This document shows positions 19,359-29,969 of a DNA stretch of 64,000 bases, one piece after another. Position numbers and translations under genes: made by a program. Position 1 is the stretch's first letter. Each line of letters starts with the position of its first letter. Below the pieces are notes generated by a model. It was given only the letters and a program-made list of their open reading frames with translations. It was not told where the DNA came from and made no database searches. This stretch comes from Paramoeba atlantica (lineage: Eukaryota; Protista; Discosea), in contig CDRNVI010000033.1 of NCBI GenBank assembly GCA_977017575.1, positions 113,516-177,515 of the forward strand, read 5' to 3'.

Positions 19359-20894
19359 ATGAGTGGTCTGGGAAGAGACTCGGAAAAGAATTCAGTGAGT
19401 TTAAGTGCCGAATCGCTTCCCAAAGTACATCATGAGCCGCCACAACACTTCGTATTGGCACACTACGGAAACACGCCAGGCACGTACTGGTGTCCGCAAT
19501 ACATTCCCCGCGACGATACGATTGTGCAGCGACTTAGTACAGCGTTCTCGCTCGTTATTGATCCAGCTTCCGAACAACTTCCACAACCACCGGTTCAAAT
19601 TTTCGTCCGTTCGATATGTGTGTCTTACCTCATTGCGTCAGAATGCTTACTTCAACAAAGTTGCCCCCACCTCCATAAAGGCGAAAAGGAGATTCAAACA
19701 GAAGTAAGAAAACGATTACGACGCGAAAATACAGTGGGAACCATTCCAGAGTCAGTTGATATTTCGGAACAGAAGGAACCATGCGTCAGCACGGAAAAAA
19801 TTGCTGAATGGGTAAAGACACAACCTCGATTTTGGTTAGCCACTTTTTCCACGAATCGAGTAATTCTCTGGCTTCGACGATTCGAGGAAGTCGTACAGGG
19901 ACGGCCATGGGATTCGTCCCGGTGGCTAATTACTCCTTTACAGGGTATTGTTTTGGTGTGTGACCCACATATTCCTGACTTAGCTCATGCCGAACCAATT
20001 CAACTTTATTCAAGATTGATATGTAAAAACTATTTTCAATCACTAACATGTGATCGTCCAAACTGTACGCTACTGCATCGCTTGGAGTCCGAACTTCGTG
20101 AAGCTGTAGGTAAGCGATATTTTGAACTTAAGGCTATGGGCAAGTTGGATCGTCTACAACAAATTGTCCACTTTGATTCAACCGGACAGCCTACACAATT
20201 GTCAACAACTCAACTACTTCGATTACAGCTGGAACAAAAAGAGGCTCGACGTACAGCTCGCTTGACTATGAAAATACTTCAGTCAGAGAGTTTGACGGAG
20301 GATTCTAGTTCTGGTACTCAAGTGAAATTAGATGAAAAGAACGAAAGCATCTTTTCTCGGAAATTATCTCAGTCCGGTCACTCCTTTGATCCGTTGGATA
20401 GCTTGGAATCAAATAAAGGAAAAGAGGCATATACATCCTCAACGCCAAGCGCACGTAGAAATGCGTCCGATAGACCTGAAGTGAGTGATGCTTCTTCGCG
20501 AGACAGTCGCATACCATACAGAAATGGTTCGCAACATCATTCTTGGAAAAGGAGAGCTGGAAGTCGTAGTCCTAGTCGTAGTCCTAAAGTAGCACGCGCA
20601 ACCTCCTCTTCAAAGCATGGTCGAGATTACCACTGCTCCCCAGGGAACAACTCATCGTCCCGTAGAGGCCGTGAAGACAGGAGTCACAGATCAGAAATCG
20701 TCAGGAGACGATCCTCACGCTCGCCGGATCGTGATCGTGAATCTCGCATTAGAGATGATCGAAAAGGAAAATCTAATGAGTATCGAGGGGAAAGGAGAAG
20801 AAGCACTCGTGAGTCAGAGGACAGTGGTGGATACCGATCTCGTCATTCAGAACGATCTTACCGTCACTCTAGTTACGAAAAATCTTATCGATGA
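19359..20894 (+). CDS. Two-CCCH zinc-finger protein with RS/RD-rich C-terminus (putative RNA-binding)
   Basis: C-x8-C-x5-C-x3-H (CVSYLIASECLLQQSCPHLH) and C-x8-C-x4-C-x3-H (CKNYFQSLTCDRPNCTLLH); RSPSRSP/RSPDRDRE tail; first ATG 19359. Confidence 0.75.
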   Translation: MSGLGRDSEKNSVSLSAESLPKVHHEPPQHFVLAHYGNTPGTYWCPQYIPRDDTIVQRLSTAFSLVIDPASEQLPQPPVQIFVRSICVSYLIASECLLQQSCPHLHKGEKEIQTEVRKRLRRENTVGTIPESVDISEQKEPCVSTEKIAEWVKTQPRFWLATFSTNRVILWLRRFEEVVQGRPWDSSRWLITPLQGIVLVCDPHIPDLAHAEPIQLYSRLICKNYFQSLTCDRPNCTLLHRLESELREAVGKRYFELKAMGKLDRLQQIVHFDSTGQPTQLSTTQLLRLQLEQKEARRTARLTMKILQSESLTEDSSSGTQVKLDEKNESIFSRKLSQSGHSFDPLDSLESNKGKEAYTSSTPSARRNASDRPEVSDASSRDSRIPYRNGSQHHSWKRRAGSRSPSRSPKVARATSSSKHGRDYHCSPGNNSSSRRGREDRSHRSEIVRRRSSRSPDRDRESRIRDDRKGKSNEYRGERRRSTRESEDSGGYRSRHSERSYRHSSYEKSYR

Positions 20895-21399
20895 CGTTAT
20901 AATTCATTACGAAAGTCTTTTAGAAGACCTTCTCTTAAGGTAGTGTTTACTACTTTTTATACTTTTATAATTGTTCGCTGGACACTACGTTTGACAATAC
21001 GCGTCTTCGTGAATAGCGCACAGAGGCAAATCGAGGTGATGTAGCGAAGCATAGTTGAGCAATGCAATAAATCGTGCTTTTTTACTCAAAGAATTGCTCT
21101 CAAAAGCACAATGCTAGATCTAGAAATATTATAGGCAACAAGTGGAGAATAAAGAAAGGATACAGAAATTATTTCATATATCTATATTATTAATATACAA
21201 CCCAGCCAACATTCAGTGCTATTTACCTTTTTGAACATACAAGGTACATGGTGGATGAAGCGAAAAGACTACCTTGGCCAAATATCGAACATTATTTATA
21301 CAACATTCAACGCTCTGTATGTTTTACAGTATTTTTCTAAAATCAATGAATCAAATTAACCAATCGTGTGTGATTCAGCGAAAGCTACCACATAAACCA

Positions 21400-23448
21400 A
21401 TGGATTTGGCGACGTGGAACGCGTACGTCAAAAGTGAAGAAAACAACTCATTTCCTATAAAGACGATGTTGTTGGCCATAAAGGGTGCACTACCCATGTT
21501 ATTTTCACTTTCCTCGGATAAGAGCGCGGATTTAAAGACTCTGGCTTCGCAGCTTGGAGTCAAAAAAGATGCCGTTCGTGTAGCTTCAAAGGAGGTTATT
21601 CACAGAATCTTTGGTGCAGATGCACCGCATCCTCTTTCTGCACTGTGTATCGACGCTCTTCCGTCTTTTCCTGGTGAGTCACCGGTATCAATTGCGCTGG
21701 ACAACGAAATTTTGCAGCTTCCTGACGATTCTCTCCTTGCATGTCTTGATGTCGAAGGGTCGGGGTCTGTATTTTTGACTAAGAGAGAATTCCTCCAGTG
21801 TGTTACTCGAAACCTTTCTGGCGAAGTCTTAAACGTAAAGCTGGAAGGCTTACCAGACGGAATTTCATCTAACGTTGGGAAAAATGCTGTAGCGGAAAAG
21901 AAAGGTCACATCGAAGCGGGTATTTCTCGTCTTGGTTTAGAGGTACGAAAGGAAACTAATTTCGTTGAGTGGTACAGTCAAATCTTAACAAGGTCGGAGC
22001 TGATCGAGTACTATGATATTTCTGGGTGCTACATTCTTCGTCCGTGGGCGTATGAAATATGGGAGAACGTAAAGTCTTGGTTTGACCGTCGCATCAAAGC
22101 TATAGGTGTGAAAAACTGCTATTTTCCAATGTTTGTGAGCAAGAGTGGTCTTGAGCGTGAAATGGGGCACATTGAAGGTTTTGCCGCCGAGGTGGCATGG
22201 GTCACCAAAAGCGGGAACTCGGACCTTTCCGAACCTATTGCAATTCGTCCCACCTCGGAAACAGTAATGTACCCGAGTTATGCAAAATGGATTCGTAGTC
22301 ACCGAGATTTGCCCCTGCGATTAAACCAGTGGTGCAACGTCGTGAGATGGGAATTCAGTCACCCTACTCCGTTTATTCGCACGCGTGAGTTTCTGTGGCA
22401 AGAAGGTCACACCGCATGGGAGAGCCAAGAACAAGCTGGTGCGGAAGTAACGGAAATTTTAGGGCTATACAGACGGGTGTACGAAGAGTTGCTTGCAGTC
22501 CCCGTTATTCCTGGTACGAAAACCGAAAAGGAAAAGTTTGCCGGAGGTCTGTACACAACAACTGTCGAAGCCTTTGTCCCCTCCACTGGCCGCGGCTGTC
22601 AGGCGGCTACTTCACATTGTCTAGGGCAAAATTTTGCCAAAATGTTTGGCATTGAATTTGAGGACGATAAAAAACAGAAACGCTTGGTGTGGCAGAACAG
22701 CTGGGGTCTAACCACGCGCTCTCTCGGGTTACTTATCATGGTACACGGTGATGATAAAGGTCTGGTATTACCACCGCGTGTGGCTCCCTACCAGGTTGTC
22801 ATTATCCCGTGCGGTATTACGGCCTCCATGGACGCCGATTTGCGTCAACGATTACTTTCTAGCGTGAACAAATTAGCGCGTGAACTGGGGGACCAGGATG
22901 TGCGGGTTCATGCGGATACCCGAGTGCACTATTCTCCTGGCTGGAAATACAACTACTGGGAGCTCAAAGGAGTGCCACTGAGAATTGAGTTCGGTCCCAA
23001 AGAGCTGGATGGTCAGACGTACACAGTGTGTCTGCGGCACGACGGAATTAAGACAACCGTAAGGAAGAATTATTTAGTATCTGACATTAACGTGGTGCTT
23101 GAGCGCATTCAGAAGGAGATGTTTGAAAGAGCTCAAGCAGTTCGTAAGGAAAGAATAATGAGGGTGTCGAATTGGGTGGAATTTGTATCTGTCTTGAACA
23201 AAAAATGTTGCCTTCTTTCTCCGTGGTGTGGTAGAGAAGTATGTGAAGACAATATTAAGAAGGTGAGTGCGGAGGAAAGCAAGCAACTGCTACAGGCTGA
23301 TGAAGAGGATACGCGGGCTCCAAGCATGGGGGCCAAGGCACTTTGCATACCTTTTGATCAAACGCACAATGTTAGCGACCAGAAGTGCATATTTCCGGGA
23401 TGTAATGAAATGGCAAAGTTTGAAGTTTTGTTCGGAAGATCTTATTGA
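21400..23448 (+). CDS. ProRS: Prolyl-tRNA synthetase, eukaryote/archaeal type, with N-terminal YbaK/ProX-like domain
   Basis: YYDISGCYILRPW, IAIRPTSET, NQWCNVVRWE, FIRTREFLWQEGHT, QNSWGLTTR, LFGRSY; in-frame upstream ATGs at 21319 and 21346. Confidence 0.97.
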   Translation: MDLATWNAYVKSEENNSFPIKTMLLAIKGALPMLFSLSSDKSADLKTLASQLGVKKDAVRVASKEVIHRIFGADAPHPLSALCIDALPSFPGESPVSIALDNEILQLPDDSLLACLDVEGSGSVFLTKREFLQCVTRNLSGEVLNVKLEGLPDGISSNVGKNAVAEKKGHIEAGISRLGLEVRKETNFVEWYSQILTRSELIEYYDISGCYILRPWAYEIWENVKSWFDRRIKAIGVKNCYFPMFVSKSGLEREMGHIEGFAAEVAWVTKSGNSDLSEPIAIRPTSETVMYPSYAKWIRSHRDLPLRLNQWCNVVRWEFSHPTPFIRTREFLWQEGHTAWESQEQAGAEVTEILGLYRRVYEELLAVPVIPGTKTEKEKFAGGLYTTTVEAFVPSTGRGCQAATSHCLGQNFAKMFGIEFEDDKKQKRLVWQNSWGLTTRSLGLLIMVHGDDKGLVLPPRVAPYQVVIIPCGITASMDADLRQRLLSSVNKLARELGDQDVRVHADTRVHYSPGWKYNYWELKGVPLRIEFGPKELDGQTYTVCLRHDGIKTTVRKNYLVSDINVVLERIQKEMFERAQAVRKERIMRVSNWVEFVSVLNKKCCLLSPWCGREVCEDNIKKVSAEESKQLLQADEEDTRAPSMGAKALCIPFDQTHNVSDQKCIFPGCNEMAKFEVLFGRSY

Positions 23449-23774
23449 AACTTCTATTATTGTTTTAGTGGTGTAAATCTCATATCTTACAGTATGCTTT
23501 ACACAAATTTTATGACGTATTACATGGCTTTTTTTGGAAATTTGTCAGCTCGAAAACTGCGAGTGTAAGATATCTTTGGCAAACGCTTCGTCGCTAAAGT
23601 TTTACTCATTTTTTATTCGTGTGTCCCACAGCAAATAGTATTTCACACAGCAAATATTACGTGTTTATCCAAGGATCGATTTTTGTTTATGCACGCTACT
23701 TTCTAAAACTAGTACATAAAATGTTGGGATCTTTTACAATCTTATTTTACAATCTTATTTTCATCTGAATTCGA

Positions 23775-24713
23775 ATGCAATATTCGTTTTCCGTTGCCAC
23801 AACGCGGTTACGAATGCAGTACGCCAGCGCATTGCGACATTGCTTTCTTTTGAGAAACACACCGAATGAAGCCATCATCTCTTATCAAAGAAGGTACTAC
23901 AATTTCACGTTCCGATTATTAAAATCCGGTAGTTCTCTGGACACTTTTCCAGATGACGTCTCCCGTTCAAAAATGGGTAGCAAATCGCTCAAAGCTGATG
24001 GCGACGTTCCAGTCACGAATGTTTCCGATGGTGACAGTACAAATACATCTTCGAAAACCAACATATCTTCGATAACGTACGTTTCACATACTGAAAGATT
24101 CGTTTGTGAAACCGAATCTCCCGAGTTGACTGATTATGGGGATATCCCAACTATCACCGTCTCTGATTCTAGCGCGGAAGAGATGAAGAGCTACTCTCCT
24201 ATATCCCTCATTTCCGTTTTGGGCAAAGAATCAAGAGCTCGAGCTGACCATATCGATTGCAGTCAGCAAAAAGATAAAATGGGCGAAAATTTTGATTCAA
24301 GGAAATCATCCGATAATCCCCATCATCTTAATATGTCGAAGGATGAAACATTAGAGAGTATTGCGGTCGAGGACAGCTCTATAAATTTTTCGGATGATGT
24401 TCATGATTCTCTGAACGCAGGCGAGATGCTCACGGAAAAATTGGGAACAGAAATTAACACAGAAGTTGAATTAGAAATGCAGGCGAATATTACCATTATG
24501 GAAGATAAAACATCTGAGGATGCTTGTTCGACCTTTACAACGGAAGACTCATTAGAGTTCCAGGAGCTTGAGGTAGGGGAATTGCAAAGTGCCGAAACCG
24601 TTAAGGTGACGCCTAACGATAAGGGAGTCGCCACGGAGACTTCGGAATTAGAAGATAGTGATTGGCTAGAAGGGAGTCTTTTCGATTCAGAGAATTCCTT
24701 CAAGGGGCCTTGA
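23775..24713 (+). CDS. Hypothetical protein, basic N-terminus (possible mitochondrial presequence), acidic low-complexity body
   Basis: 312-aa ATG ORF. Confidence 0.55.
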   Translation: MQYSFSVATTRLRMQYASALRHCFLLRNTPNEAIISYQRRYYNFTFRLLKSGSSLDTFPDDVSRSKMGSKSLKADGDVPVTNVSDGDSTNTSSKTNISSITYVSHTERFVCETESPELTDYGDIPTITVSDSSAEEMKSYSPISLISVLGKESRARADHIDCSQQKDKMGENFDSRKSSDNPHHLNMSKDETLESIAVEDSSINFSDDVHDSLNAGEMLTEKLGTEINTEVELEMQANITIMEDKTSEDACSTFTTEDSLEFQELEVGELQSAETVKVTPNDKGVATETSELEDSDWLEGSLFDSENSFKGP

Positions 24714-25521
24714 ATTTCATTGAATTTTATGCCTTGCTACGCGATTTCGGGATCAAAATCGAACTCTTCGACTTAACACCTTTCAATTCTTTTGTAAAAA
24801 AGACCCCCTTTTCAACCTTTACTGGAGTTCAGTAATCTCCCGAACTTGCTATTCCGAAACACTAATTGAGCTACCACATTCACCTTCGAATATATCCCAT
24901 GTGACTGTGATCAGAACACCTCACTACTGTACTCTTGTTACTTAGATAATAAGAGCGGAATCACAACTACGCTTTTTATTTCATCAATCATTTTTGGAGG
25001 ACGAGATTACTGGAGAACGAGCTTGTTTGTGACGTCTCACCCGCAGCTATGAAGTCAGTATTGCAGATGCGATGCTGTATGTCTTCCAATGTCCCGAAAC
25101 AGTAAAAAATCCATTGAAAGGTGGATTGAATGCTTCGTCGCCTAAGTTCATAGGCAGCCGTTTTGAAAATCTTTGGTCGAGGTGCAGCGAAGAGGAACAA
25201 AAAAATTAGAAGTTACCTTGGTATTGGTCGTAATGAGGTCATAGTGAGAAAGAGCAAAAGTCCTTTTCGTAACCTTTCTGTTAAATGTATCTTGTACTTC
25301 GTACAAAAATAACTTTATAAACGAAATTTACATGTCATAAATTATACATCAAAATACTGGTACATCAATGTGTTCCAGACGCCATACTACACCTACTGTA
25401 TGTAGACACATACTGTATCTAGTTTTTGGTTCCTTGCATGATGGCCAGGAATATCGAAAGTGGACTTCATTTCCCTATGCTACCCACGTGCACGATTTCG
25501 TGGAGTCTCCTCTAGCGCGAG

Positions 25522-27279
25522 ATGTTTGGTTTAATATTAGTTTGTGTTTCGCGCTTATGCAAACTATGTAAAAGCATACAGTTAAAAAAGAAGTGTTCCT
25601 GTAATGGTCAGCTAAAATTGGACAGCGGAAGATACGTTTATTGGATGCAGCTTGACTCAGAGGTTCCCTCTTCTGATGTAAAAGATTCAACAACTCCCAT
25701 TGACGAAGTGCTGGATAATACCAACTCGTCGGAAATGATTTTACAGAGAGAATCCCAATCAACTTCATTATCCGTGGAGGGATCAGAGGTCTATACGTTT
25801 GCCAGACTCGGCTCGTTTTTTCGTGAGTTGTCCTTAAATTTGCCCCCATTCTTTGTTTGCTCTTCGCACTTGAATTTTCTTGATGGACCTCACAATTTTT
25901 ATCGTGAGCTGCAGAATCTAATTACTACGGCGACAAGACGGTTAGTTCTGGCATCTCTTTATTTCAGCGGCAATACCAATGCTGAAAGATTGCTCTTGAA
26001 GTTACTACGCGCTCAGCTAGAAAAAATGCCCTTACTTAAGGTGTATCTCATCTTTGATTACAATCGAATGAAGCGTAGTGGGGAGTATGCTGCAGTATTC
26101 TTCGAAGAATTGAAGAAATCTTTTCCGGATCGCGTTTACTACGCACTTTTTCGAGTCCCAATGACACCTTTTTGGGTAAATTGGGTCAACAATAAAAAGT
26201 TGCGAGAATTTGCGGGTGTTTTTCACATTAAAATGTACGTTTCTGATAACACAGTTCTATGGTCAGGTGCCAATCTCTCTGAGCACTACTTCACGTCACG
26301 TACGGATCGGTACATGAAAATTCGTGACGAGCCGGATCTCTGCGATTGGTGCCTCAAACTTGCCGAAGCACTATGGAACTACGCGCATTCGCAAATGAAC
26401 GGATGCATGGATGCTACAGGTAGTATTGGAAGTACATGTACATCTGACTCTCTCATTAAAGTGGCGAATTTAGTGAATACAAACATCTCTCTATATGATG
26501 TCCTTAGTCCCTTTTGCAGACCAGCTCCTGTGACGTCAACAGTAACAGATACTGTGATTTTTCCGTATCTTCAACTTGGAACCGTCGGTCTTTTCTACGA
26601 CAGCATTGTTACTGTACGTTTATTGCAGCATGCACGGACTATACCTAGCAGTCATGCTGTCATATCTAGCGCCTATTTTAATTTTACAAACGAAGTTTTA
26701 CGCACAACTCTTCAAGAAGCAAGGAATGAGGTGCATATTATTACTTCCGCCCTGGAATGCAATTCTTTTCACGGGGGCACTGGGATTACTCGTTTTGTTC
26801 CTCGTATGTATGCTTACCTCGCTCGCTCTTTTCATCGTATTGTACGGGATTATGGGCAATCACATCGCTTGAAACTTTGGACTTGGGAAAAGGCGGATTC
26901 TACTTATCACGGAAAAGGGTTCTGGCTTACACTACAGGAATGCGCAGCAAGGAAATATGCGCGCGATTCTTCACATGACCCGAGAAATCTTGAAGCAAAG
27001 CGGCATTCAAGATGTCCTGCCATGACCATCGGAAGCAGCAATTTGGGTAAACGGTCAGAAGAAAGGGACTTGGAGCTGAATATCCTTATTTTGACAGCCA
27101 ATTCCGAGCTACAAAAATGCTTTTCCGAAGAGAGAAATTATATTTTTAAGCGGGCTTCACTAATTGATGATGTTACTCCATTACGGAAACCAAACGAACA
27201 CCTGTATAGCGCAATGAAAAGATTTTTTCTACGCCCTTTCGTTGCTCTTCTGGCTGAGCTCGCAAAAAGTTACCTTTGA
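25522..27279 (+). CDS. PGS1: Phosphatidylglycerophosphate synthase (PLD superfamily)
   Basis: LASLY, FDYNR, FHIKMYVSD (HKD), SGANLSEHYFTSRTDRY, YHGKG, GSSNLGKRSEERDLE; start may be downstream (e.g. 25645). Confidence 0.88.
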   Translation: MFGLILVCVSRLCKLCKSIQLKKKCSCNGQLKLDSGRYVYWMQLDSEVPSSDVKDSTTPIDEVLDNTNSSEMILQRESQSTSLSVEGSEVYTFARLGSFFRELSLNLPPFFVCSSHLNFLDGPHNFYRELQNLITTATRRLVLASLYFSGNTNAERLLLKLLRAQLEKMPLLKVYLIFDYNRMKRSGEYAAVFFEELKKSFPDRVYYALFRVPMTPFWVNWVNNKKLREFAGVFHIKMYVSDNTVLWSGANLSEHYFTSRTDRYMKIRDEPDLCDWCLKLAEALWNYAHSQMNGCMDATGSIGSTCTSDSLIKVANLVNTNISLYDVLSPFCRPAPVTSTVTDTVIFPYLQLGTVGLFYDSIVTVRLLQHARTIPSSHAVISSAYFNFTNEVLRTTLQEARNEVHIITSALECNSFHGGTGITRFVPRMYAYLARSFHRIVRDYGQSHRLKLWTWEKADSTYHGKGFWLTLQECAARKYARDSSHDPRNLEAKRHSRCPAMTIGSSNLGKRSEERDLELNILILTANSELQKCFSEERNYIFKRASLIDDVTPLRKPNEHLYSAMKRFFLRPFVALLAELAKSYL

Positions 27280-27459
27280 ACCACAGGAGCTTTAGACTAA
27301 AAGGTCTTCCAAAAGGATCTCGTACAGAATTCTAATGTGTACACATCCGTTGTTTTATATCCCCAGATTCGTACGGGTTACAGTTTCGTACTTTTTTAAT
27401 TAACTATAAACTATTTGGATCTGCACTTCAATTTCAATAAACAAACATTTTTTTCACAG

Positions 27460-28530
27460 ATGGATGACTCCTCTGAGAAATTGTCTGACATTGTGAGGTC
27501 CTTGGAGAAGGTTATTGTTGAAGTTCGACAATCATCAGAAACGAAGCCCAAACCTAACAAAAAAACGACGGAAAATGAAATTGCTTCACTCGAATCTGTC
27601 CTGTCCATTATTTCCCAGCTGGAAAACATCAAAGAGAACTGTGATTTCCTAGCCAATGACCTCGAAACGTGGAAAGCTGGAGATCTCAAAATGATCGCGG
27701 AACGCTGCAAACTCCAAACCGAGCTCCACAAACTCCAAAAAGAGTCCAAACGCACCGCAGGTTGCCCCCACGACACCCCCCACTCCGAGGCCTCCGACAA
27801 CCCCCTCCGTGGTCACCCCAACGACCCCTCCGGTTGGGGAATTTCCCATGTCCCCACCCCTCTCGCCGTCGCCACCCCGGAACCTCCCCCTCCCCCACCA
27901 GAATCACACCACCGTGTGGTCCTCCCCCCCACCACCCTCTCCCCCACCACACTACGCTACACGAGTACCGATCCCCCCCACCACAGCGCACTCCCCCTCC
28001 TGCCCTACCCCCACGGTGTCGCCTCGGTGAGTTCCTCTCCTGAGCCCATGCCCTTGGCCCCTCTCCCCTCCCACACCTCCCCAGGGCGTCGTCACCCCCA
28101 TCACGGTGCTCACCATGACTATGATCATCATAAAGATAACCCAAAGAATAAAAATAGCCAAAATATGTTAATTAAAAATAATAAAAAGGACCATCCAAAT
28201 CCTCAAACACCCTTTTCACCCCATGAAGGCCTTTTCCCTAAGACCGTAAGAAAAGGGGGAGAAGGCCGGTGGGGGATTCCCCCGTGGGTGGACACCGTGA
28301 AAACGGTGCTGTGGGAGAACCTCACACCGGATGCGGTGCTCCGCGGGGTGGGGCTGGTGGGTCTCGGGGTGGGGGTGGGGGTGGTGTCGCGGAGAGGGGG
28401 GGAAGGGGGGGAGGAGGAGGGGAGAGAGAAGAGTGTTGTGGGGGTGGGAAGTAAAATATCGACTTCAAGTGGGTCGATTCCGGCGTATGCTGATTTTGTG
28501 GTACAGGGGGGAAAAAGGGGTGGAAGGTAA
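27460..28530 (+). CDS. Hypothetical protein: coiled-coil N-terminus, Pro/His-rich middle, Gly/Val-rich possible TM near C-terminus
   Basis: ATG 27460 directly after ttttttcacag; composition follows the local C-to-G skew flip. Confidence 0.55.
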   Translation: MDDSSEKLSDIVRSLEKVIVEVRQSSETKPKPNKKTTENEIASLESVLSIISQLENIKENCDFLANDLETWKAGDLKMIAERCKLQTELHKLQKESKRTAGCPHDTPHSEASDNPLRGHPNDPSGWGISHVPTPLAVATPEPPPPPPESHHRVVLPPTTLSPTTLRYTSTDPPHHSALPLLPYPHGVASVSSSPEPMPLAPLPSHTSPGRRHPHHGAHHDYDHHKDNPKNKNSQNMLIKNNKKDHPNPQTPFSPHEGLFPKTVRKGGEGRWGIPPWVDTVKTVLWENLTPDAVLRGVGLVGLGVGVGVVSRRGGEGGEEEGREKSVVGVGSKISTSSGSIPAYADFVVQGGKRGGR

Positions 28531-28777
28531 AGGAGTGTAAGAAAGGGCGAAGGAAAGGGAGAAGAGGGGTGTGGTTTGAGATGGCGGAGAGTCCCGCGAC
28601 TGGGGTAGGTGTTTATAGTCGTGCTGAACATCTGATGCTAGATAGAGAATAATGTGTATGTTGTTTGCTAGATTTACGAATGTTTACTAGAAGCGTTGAA
28701 CCTAATCCATAGCTAGAACTGTAGAATTATAAGTGTACTGATTCGTAGAAAACAATTAACTGTTTTTGCGTTAACGT

Positions 28778-29719
28778 ATGTGTCTACCTTTTCGTTCGCA
28801 GTGCCTTAGTCAACGTATCTGCTCTACCCATCAGCCAGCCATAAATTTGCACAGTGTAACTTCCGTCTCCGTTGAGCGGTTTTTCAACTATTCAGCAAGA
28901 CACAATAGCACAACACTTTTCTGTCGCAGTACGACAAAAAATTTATTAGTTCCCCCCAACGTGCTAACCACCCCGCGTCGGTCTTTTAGTGGGGCCAATG
29001 CTCAAAAGAAAATACCCGGTTCGGCGGACATAGAACGTGAAAAGGATCTTGATACTTTGGTGAACATTATCAAATACTCCGTGTCCGCGCTTATTCTCAC
29101 TGTGGGCACTTATTATAGCTACAAGCACGCCACGAAGCGCTACGCCAACCCCGACGTAGGAGCGCATGTCTATATCAAATCGCACGGCAAGCCTTGTCTC
29201 GGGGGGCCTTTCGTCCTCGTAGATACCACGGGGAAGCCGCGATCCCAGAAAGACTTCCTAGGCTCCTGGACGTTCTTCTATTTCGGGTTCGTCAACTGCC
29301 CCGAGATCTGTCCGATTGAGCTAAACCGCATGTCCAAAGTCGTAGACGGAATACGAAAGCGCCATCCAGGGATTCAGATAGTACCCCTGTTTGTGTCCTG
29401 TGATCCCTTGCGCGACTCTTTGGATCGTATTCAGGAATATGTTGCAGATTTCCACCCCGACTTTGTGGGATTGGTCGGTACCCCGGAGCAAGTAGACCAC
29501 GTGTGTAAATCGTACCGTATTTACTACTCTGTGCCCGATGCGGAAGCGGTAAAGGATGGTGACTATCTCATTGACCACAGCATCGCGTCCTTCCTTTTCG
29601 ATCCACAGGGACGGTTCGTGGATTTTTTTGGCACACGCTACACGGACGAGGAAATTTTAAACAAGATGGATGGGTACGTGAAGAACTATGAAGCGGATCC
29701 CACATGGACGACGTGGTGA
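28778..29719 (+). CDS. SCO1: SCO1/SenC cytochrome c oxidase copper chaperone
   Basis: LGGPFVLVD, YFGFVNCPEICPIEL (CxxxC), VSCDPLRD, YLIDHS; TM segment and presequence-like N-terminus. Confidence 0.95.
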   Translation: MCLPFRSQCLSQRICSTHQPAINLHSVTSVSVERFFNYSARHNSTTLFCRSTTKNLLVPPNVLTTPRRSFSGANAQKKIPGSADIEREKDLDTLVNIIKYSVSALILTVGTYYSYKHATKRYANPDVGAHVYIKSHGKPCLGGPFVLVDTTGKPRSQKDFLGSWTFFYFGFVNCPEICPIELNRMSKVVDGIRKRHPGIQIVPLFVSCDPLRDSLDRIQEYVADFHPDFVGLVGTPEQVDHVCKSYRIYYSVPDAEAVKDGDYLIDHSIASFLFDPQGRFVDFFGTRYTDEEILNKMDGYVKNYEADPTWTTW

Positions 29720-29969
29720 AGACGCCTGTCTTTGCTTCTGCAACTCCGCTTCTCTAATCTTCAGCACTATACTAGGTCATCCTAGAAACCTTCTAGCTCA
29801 CTCTTTTTCCCATTTTACTTACCATTTCCTATCCTGTATCAAAAAACCGTATTTTTTTGTATTTTGTTACCCATTTTTCTCTTACCTTTTCGTTTCGATT
29901 CTCCTCTATCTTTCCTTCTACACTTTTCCCCCCTCCCTCCCTGCCTCCCCTCTTTTTCTCTTCTCCCCC

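Noticed and set aside
24714-25521. Long intergenic gap possibly hiding a tRNA or snoRNA
   Set aside because: No cloverleaf, T-loop or paired C/D boxes recognised by eye; tRNAscan-SE and snoScan would be needed
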